NCBI RefSeq assembly: GCF_009914755.1
Contig: NC_060933.1
DNA from: the human T2T-CHM13v2.0 reference genome, Homo sapiens
Direction: 5' to 3' (one strand)
Length of the DNA stretch: 64,000 nucleotides
Part shown: positions 55,959 through 64,000 of the stretch, piece after piece
Layout: each line of letters starts with the position of its first letter
Position numbering within the stretch: the stretch's first letter is position 1
The notes under the pieces: generated by a model
Database searches by the model: none
Told to the model about the DNA's origin: nothing
What the model saw: the letters and a program-made list of their open reading frames with translations, nothing else
Translations under genes and position numbers: made by a program

Positions 55959-58900
55959 ATTCCATTCCATTCCATTCCATTCCATTCCATTCCATTCCGT
56001 TCCGTTCCGTTCCGTTCCATTCCATTCCATTCCATTCTATTCGGGTTAATTCCATTCCATTCCATTCGATTGCAATCGAGTTGATTCCATTCCATTCCAT
56101 TCCATTCCATTCCATTCCATTCCTTTCCTTTCCATTACGGATGATTCCATTCCATTGCATTCCATTCCATTCCATTCCCCTGTACTCGGGTTGATTCCAT
56201 TCCATTCCATTCCAATCCATGCCATTCCACTCGTGTTGATTCCATTCTTTCCATTCCATTCAAGTTGAATCCATTCCATTGCATTCCATTCCATTCGATT
56301 CCATTCGATTGCACTCGGGTTGATTCCATTCCATTACATTCCATTCCATCCCATTTCATTCCATTCCATTCCTTTCCATTCCATTCCATTCCATTCCATG
56401 CGATTGCAATCGAGTTGATTCCATTCCATTCCTTTCCATTCCATTCCATTGCCTTGCATTCCACTCGGGTTGATTCCATTCCCTTCTTTCCACTCCATTA
56501 CATTCCCTTCCATTCCACTCGGAATGATTGATTCCATTCCATTCCATTCCATTTCATTCCATTGCAATCCATTCCAATCCATTCCATTATATTCCATTCC
56601 ACTCGAGTTGATTTCATTCCATTCCTTTCCATTCCATTCCATTCCTTTCCACTCGAGTTGATTCCGTTCCATTCCATTCCTTTGCATTCCATTCCATGCC
56701 ATTCCACTCGGGTTGATTCCATTCCATTCCATTCCATTCCATTCCATTGCATTCCATTCCATTCCTTTCCCCTGCACTCGGGTTGATTCCATTCCTTTCC
56801 ATTCCATTTAATTCCATTCCATGCCATTCCCTTCCATTCCAATCCATTCCATTCCACTGCATTCTATTCCACTGCAATCGACTTGATTCCATTCCATTCC
56901 ATTCTATTCCATTCCATTCCATTCCATTCCATTCCATTCCATTCCATTTTGTTCCAATCCATTCTATTCCGAACTATTCCATTCCATTCCATTCCATTCC
57001 ATTGCATTCCATTCCATGCCATTCCACTCAGGTTGATTCCATTCCATTCCATTCCATTCGATTCCATTCCATTCCATTCCATTCCGTTGCACTCCATTTC
57101 ATTACATTCAGATTGATTCTATTCAATTCCCTAACACTCCATTATATTCCAATCCATTCTGGTTGTTTCCATTCCATTCCATTCCATTTCACTCCATTCC
57201 ATTGCACTGGGTTTGATTCCATTCCATTCCATTCCATTCCATTCCGGATGATTCCATTCCATTGCATTCCATTCCATTCCATTCCCCTGCACTCAGGTTG
57301 ATTCCATTCCATTCCATTCCAATCCATTCGGTTCCGTTCCATTCCATTCTATTGCATTCCATTCTATACGGGTTAATTCCATTCCATTCTATTCCATTCC
57401 ATTCCACTCCATTCCATTCCATTGCAATGGAGTTGATTCCATTCCATTCCATTTCATTCCGGATGATTCCATTCCATTGCATTCCATTCCATTCCATTCC
57501 CCTGCACTCGTGTTGATTCCATTACCTTCTATTCCATTCCATTCCGTTCCATTCCATTGCATTCCATTCTATTGCAATCGAGTTGATTCCATTCCATTCC
57601 TTTCCATCCCATTCCATTGCCTTGCATTCCAATCGGGTTGATTCCATTCCCTTCTTTCCACTCCATTACATTCCCTTCCATTCCACTCGGAATGATTGAT
57701 TCCATTCCATTCCATTCCATTTCATTCCATTGCAATCCATTCCAATCCATTCCATTCCATTCCACTCGAGTTGATTTCATTCCATTCCTTTCCATTCCAT
57801 TCCATTCCTTTCCACTCGAGTTGATTTCTTTCCATTCCATTCCATTGCATTCCATTCCATGCCATTCCACTCAGGTTGATTCCATTCCTTTGCATTCCAT
57901 TCCATTCCATTGCATTCCATTCCATTCCATTCCGTTGCATTCCATTCCATTACATTCCGATTGATTCTATTCAACTCCCTTACTCTCCATTACATTCCAT
58001 TCCATTCGGGTTGTTCCATTCCATTCCATTCCATTCCACTCCATTCCATTGCACTCGGGTTGATTCCATTCCATTCCATTCCATTCCATTCCATTCCATT
58101 CCATTCCATTCCGGATGATTCCATTCCATTGCATTCCGTTCCATTACATTCCCCTGCGCTCGCGTTGATTCCATTCCATTCCATTCCATTCCATTCAATT
58201 CCATTCCATTACAATTCGTTCCATTCCATTCTACTCCGTACCATTCCATTCCATTCCATACCATTCCATTCCGTTCCATTCCATTCCATTGCATTCCATT
58301 CCATTCCATTCCATTCCGTTCCATTCCATTCCATTCCATTCTATTCAGGTTAATCCCATTCCATTCCATTCCATTCTATTCGGATTAATTCCATTCCATG
58401 CCATTCCATTCCGTTCTATTCCATTCCATTGCAATCGAGTTGAATCCATTGCATTTCATTCCATTCCATTCCATTCCATTCCATTCCGGAAGTTTCCATT
58501 CCATTGTATTCCATTCCATTCCATTCAATTCCATTCCGTTCCATTCCATTCCATTACATTCGTATTGATTCTATTCAACTCCCTTAGTCTCCATTACATT
58601 CCATTCCATTCGGGTTGTTCCATTCCATTCCATTCCATTCCACTCCATTCCATTGCACTCGGGTTTATTCCCTACCATTCCATTCCATCCCATTCAATTC
58701 CATTCCATTCCGGAAGATTCCATTCCATTGCATTCCATTCCATTCCATTCCGCTGCACTCGCGTTGATTCCATTTCATTCCATTCCATTCCATTCCATTC
58801 CGTTCCGTTCCATTCCATTCCATTCCATTCCATTCCATTCCGTTCCGTTCCATTCCATTCCATTCCATTCTATTCGGGTTAATTCCATTCCATTCCATTC

Positions 58901-59024
58901 GATTGCAATCGAGTTGATTCCATTCCATTCCATTCCATTCCATTCCATTCCATTCCATTCCATTGCATTCCTTTCCATTCCATTACGGATGATGCCATTC
59001 CATTGCATTCCATTCCATTCCATT

Positions 59025-59173
59025 CCCCTGTACTCGGGTTGATTCCATTCCACTCCATTCCAATCCATGCCATTCCACTCGTGTTGATTCCATTCTTTCC
59101 ATTCCATTCAAGTTGAATCCATTCCATTGCATTCCATTCCATTCGATTCCATTCGATTGCACTCGGGTTGATT
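59025..59173 (-). repeat. pHuR98-like SatIII module, inverted copy
   Basis: Reverse complement of the module above; further copies near 56177-56326, 59864-60012 and 63555-63703. Confidence 0.7.
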
Positions 59174-60449
59174 CCATTCCATTGCATTCCATTCCATTCC
59201 ATTCCATTCCATTCCATTCCATTCCGTTCCATTCCATTCCATTACATTCGGATTGATTCTATTCAATTCCCTTACACTCCATTACATTCCATTCCATTCG
59301 GGTAGTTTCCATTCCATTCCATTCCATTCCTCTCCATTCCATTGCACTCGGGTTGATGCCATTCCATTGCATTCCATTGCATTCCATTCAATTCCATTCC
59401 ATTCCATTACATTCGGATTGATTCTATTCAACTCCCTAACTCTCCATTACATTCCATTCCATTCGGGTTGTTCCATTCCATTCCATTCCATTCCACTCCA
59501 TTCCATTGCACTCGGGTTGATTCCATTCCATTCCATTCCATTCCATTCCGGAAGATTCCATTCCATTGCATTCCATTACATTCCATTACCCTGCACTCGC
59601 GTTGATTCCATTCCATTCCATTCCATTCCATTCCGTTCCATTCCATTCCTTTCCGTTCCATTCCATTCCATTCCATTCCGTTCCGTTCCGTTCCGTTCCA
59701 TTCCATTCCATTCTATTCGGGTTAATTCCATTCCATTCCATTCGATTGCAATCGAATTGATTCCATTCCATTCCATTCCATTCCATTCCATTCCATTCCA
59801 TTCCATTCCTTTCCATTCCATTACGGATGATTCCATTCCATTGCATTCCATTCCATTCCATTCCCCTGTACTCGGGTTGATTCCATTCCATTCCATTCCA
59901 ATCCATGCCATTCCACTCGTGTTGATTCCATTCTTTCCATTCCATTCAAGTTGAATCCATTCCATTGCATTCCATTCCATTCGATTCCATTCGATTGCAC
60001 TCGGGTTGATTCCATGGCATTGCATTCCATTCCATTCCATTCCATTCCATTCCATTCCTTTCCATTCCATTCCATTCGGATTCATTCTATTCAATTCCCT
60101 TACACTCCATTACATTCCATTCCATTCGTGTAGTTTCCATTCCATTCCATTCCATTCCTCTCCATTCCATTGCACTCGGGTTGATTCCATTCCATTCCAT
60201 TCCATTCCATTCCATTCCATTCCATTCCATTCCATTCCGGATGATTCCATTCCATTGAATTCCATTCCATTCCATTCCCCTGCACTTAGGTTGATTCCAT
60301 TCCATTCCATTCCATTCCTTTCTGTTCCATTCAATTCCATTCCATTCCATTCTATTCGTGTTAATTCCATTCCATTCTATTCCATTCCATTCCATTGAAA
60401 TCGAGTTGATTCCATTCCATTCCATTCCATTCCATTCCATTCCATTCCA

Positions 60450-63060
60450 TTCCGGATGATTCCATTCCATTGCATTCCATTCCATTCCATTCCCCTGCAC
60501 TCAGGTTGATTCCATTCCATTCCATTCCATTACATTCCATTCCATTCCGTCCCATTTCATTCTATTCGGGTTAATTCCATTCCATTCCATTCCACTCCAT
60601 TCCAGTCCTTTCCATTCCATTCCACTCGGGTTGATTCCATTCTATTCCTTTCAATTCCATTCCATTCCATTGCAATCGAGTTGATTCCATTCGAGTTGAA
60701 TCCATTCCATTCCATTCCATTCAATTCCATTGCACACGGGTTCATTCCATTCCATTCCATTCCATTCCGTTCCATTCCATTCCATTCCATTTCATTCCAT
60801 TCCATTCTATTCCGTACCATTCCATTCCATCCCATTCCATTCTGTTCCATTCCATGCCATTACACTCGGGTTGATTCCATTCCTTTCCATTCCATTCTTA
60901 TTGAATCCATTCCATTCCAATCCATTCGAATCCATTCCATTGCACTCGGGTTGATTCCATTCCATTCCATTCCATTCCATTCCATTCCATTCCATTACAT
61001 TCGGATTGATTCTATTCAATTCCCTTACACTCCATTACATTCCATTCCATTCGGGATGTTTCCATTCCATTCCATTCCATTCCACTCCATTCCATTGCAT
61101 CAGGTTGATTGCATTCCATTCCATTCCATTCCATTCCGGATGATTCCATTCCATTGCATTCCATTCCATTCCATTCCATTCCCCTGCACTCGGGTTGATT
61201 CCATTCGATTCCATTCCATTCCATTCCATTCCATTCCGTTCCATTCCATTCCATTGCATTCTATTCCGGTTAATTCCATTCCATTCCATTCCATTCCATT
61301 CCATTCCATTCCATTCCATTCCATTCCATTCCATTGCCATCGAGTTGATTCCATTCCATTCCATTCCATTCCGTTCCGGATGATTCCATTCCATTCCATT
61401 CCATTCCCCTGCAGTCGGGTTGATTCCATTCCATTCCATTCCATTCCATTCCATTCCATTCCATTGCATTCCATTCTGTTCCATTCCATTCCATTCCATT
61501 CCATTCTATTCAGGTTAATTCCATTCCATTCCATTCCATTCCATTCCATTCCAATCGAGTTGATTCCATTCCATTCCATTCCATTCCACTACATTCCAGT
61601 CCTTTCCATTCCATTACACTCGGGTTGATTCCATTCTATTCCATTCTATTCCATTCCATTCCATTGCAATCGAGTTGATTCCATTGCTTTGCATTCCATT
61701 CCATTCCATTCCATTCCGGATGATTCCATTCCATTGCATTCCATTCCATTCCATTCCCCTGCACTCGGGTTGATTCCATTCCATTCCATTCCATTACATT
61801 CCATTCCATTCCGTCCCATTTCATTCTATTCGGGTTAATTCCATTCCATTCCATTCCACTCCATTCCAGTCCTTTCCATTCCATTCCACTCGGGTTGATT
61901 CCATTCTATTCCTTTCAATTCCATTCCATTCCATTGCAATCGAGTTGATTCCATTCGAGTTGAATCCATTCCATTCCATTCCATTCCATTCCATTGCACA
62001 CGGGTTCATTCCATTCCATTCCATTCCATTCCGTTCCATTCCATTCCATTCCATTTCATTCCATTCCATTCTATTCCGTACCATTCCATTCCATCCCATT
62101 CCATTCTGTTCCATTCCATGCCATTACACTCGGGTTGATTCCATTCCTTTCCATTCCATTCTTATTGAATCCATTCCATTCCAATCCATTCGAATCCATT
62201 CCATTGCACTCGGGTTGATTCCATTCCATTCCATTCCATTCCATTCCATTCCATTCCATTCCATTACATTCGGATTGATTCTATTCAATTCCCTTACACT
62301 CCATTACATTCCATTCCATTCGGGATGTTTCCATTCCATTCCATTCCATTCCACTCCATTCCATTGCATCAGGTTGATTGCATTCCATTCCATTCCATTC
62401 CATTCCGGATGATTCCATTCCATTGCATTCCATTCCATTCCATTCCATTCCCCTGCACTCGGGTTGATTCCATTCGATTCCATTCCATTCCATTCCATTC
62501 CATTCCGTTCCATTCCATTCCATTGCATTCTATTCCGGTTAATTCCATTCCATTCCATTCGATTCCATTCCATTCCATTCCATTCCATTCCATTCCATTC
62601 CATTGCCATCGAGTTGATTCCATTCCATTCCATTCCATTCCGTTCCGGATGATTCCATTCCATTCCATTCCATTCCCCTGCAGTCGGGTTGATTCCATTC
62701 CATTCCATTCCATTCCATTCCATTCCATTCCATTCCATTCCATTGCATTCCATTCCGTTCCATTCCATTCCATTCCATTCCATTCTATTCAGGTTAATTC
62801 CATTCCATTCCATTCCATTCCATTCCATTCCAATCGAGTTGATTCCATTCCATTCCATTCCATTCCACTACATTCCAGTCCTTTCCATTCCATTACACTC
62901 GGGTTGATTCCATTCTATTCCATTCTATTCCATTCCATTCCATTGCAATCGAGTTGATTCCATTGCTTTGCATTCCATTCCATTCCATTCCATTCCGGAT
63001 GATTCCATTCCATTGCATTCCATTCCATTCCATTCCCCTGCACTCGGGTTGATTCCATTC
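60450..63060 (-). repeat. Tandem duplication, ~1.27 kb unit x2
   Basis: CCGTCCCATTTC (~60547/61811), CACACGGG (60733/61997), CTTATTGAATCC (60897/62161), CGGGATGTT (61052/62321), CATCAGGTTG (61098/62367), GCCATCGAG (61336/62605). Confidence 0.92.
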
Positions 63061-64000
63061 CATTCCACTCCATTCCTTTCCATTCCATTCCATTCCATTG
63101 TATTCGGGTTAATTCCATTCCATTCCATTCCATTCCATTCCATTCCAATACATTCCTTTACAATCGAGTTGATTCCATTCCATTCCATTCCATTCCATTC
63201 CACTCCAGTCCTTTCCATTCCATTCCACTCGGGTTGATTCCATTCTATTAGTTTCCATTCCATTCCATTCCCTTCCATTCCACTCTGATTGATTCCATTC
63301 CTTTCCATTCCACTCGAATACATTCCCACCTATTCCACTCGGAACGATTCCATTCCATTCCATTCCATTCCATTCCATTCCATTCCATTCCATTCCAGTT
63401 CGTTCCATTCCATTCTATTCCGTACCATTCCTTTCCATTCCATTCCTTTCCACTCGTGTTGATTCCATTCCTTTCCATTCCATTCGGTTTGAAGGCATTC
63501 CATTCCATTCAATTCCATTCCATTCCATTCCATTCCATTCCATTCCATTCCATTCCCCTGTACTCGGGTTGATTCCAATCCATTCCATTCCAATCCATGC
63601 CATTCCACTCGTGTTGATTCCGTTCTTTCCATTCCATTCAAGTTGAATCCATTCCATTGCATTCCATTCCATTCGATTCCATTCGATTGCACTCGGGTTG
63701 ATTCCATTCCATTGCATTCCATTCCATTCCATTCCGTTCCATTCCATTCCATTACATTCGGATTGATTCTATTCAATTCCCTTACACTCCATTACATTCC
63801 ATTCCATTCGGGTAGTTTCCATTCCATTCCATTCCATTCCTCTCCATTCCATTGAACTCGGGTTGATTCCATTCCATTGCATTCCATTCCATTCCATTCC
63901 ATTCCATTCCGTTCCATTCCATTCCATTACATTCGGATTGATTCTATTCAACTCCCTTACTCTCCATTACATTCCGTTCCATTCGGGTTGTTCCATTCCA

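Larger units (their letters stand above)
55566..64000 (-). repeat. Human Satellite III array in inverted orientation, (ATTCC)n on +
   Basis: Same motifs as reverse complements (ACTCGGGTTG, AATCGAGTTG, ATTCGGGTTA, CCGGATG) from ~55571 to the window end. Confidence 0.97.

Noticed and set aside
58486-58493. Perfect ETS motif CCGGAAGT
   Set aside because: A single-base variant within an HSE copy; expected by chance in a GGAA-rich array.
1-64000. Hundreds of ORFs encoding MEWNG or IPFHS repeats
   Set aside because: (GGAAT)n has no stop codon in any frame and its complement has none either, so such ORFs are inevitable. There is no domain content or gene structure.
1-64000. CRISPR-like repeat/spacer organisation
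   Set aside because: There are no unique spacers (intervening DNA is GGAAT) and no cas genes; this is a eukaryotic satellite.
1-64000. HSat2 or Y-chromosome DYZ1 assignment
   Set aside because: The HSat2-type CATTCGATTC/GATGAT pattern does not dominate and there is no regular ~3.5 kb period; CAACCCGAGT richness favours HSat3B. The chromosome assignment remains unverified.

Overview
The whole 64 kb window is non-coding (GGAAT)n pentamer satellite interrupted by CAACCCGAGT-type variant 10-mers. This is human (or great-ape) Satellite III of the HSat3B type. It contains blocks matching my recollection of the chromosome 9q12 SatIII clone pHuR98, so 9q12 heterochromatin is the best guess. There are no credible protein-coding genes: all ORFs are poly-(MEWNG)/(IPFHS) readings of the pentamer. 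The main structural event is one strand inversion at ~55566-55570, with GGAAT on the left and ATTCC on the right. The junction shows 5-bp microhomology (ACTCG), a 12-bp fold-back, a ~100-bp deletion on its left side and a ~30-bp fragment of a rare module on its right side. Other observations: ~29 perfect heat-shock elements, absent from a ~14.6 kb stretch that contains a locally expanded variant sub-array; a recurrent 14-bp perfect palindrome; a ~1.4 kb inverted paralogue pair across the junction; many nested recent duplications (0.16-3.5 kb); and pentamer phase slips that always appear to be -1 bp. I see no evidence of a new gene-encoded system. All counts and offsets were made by eye and are approximate.
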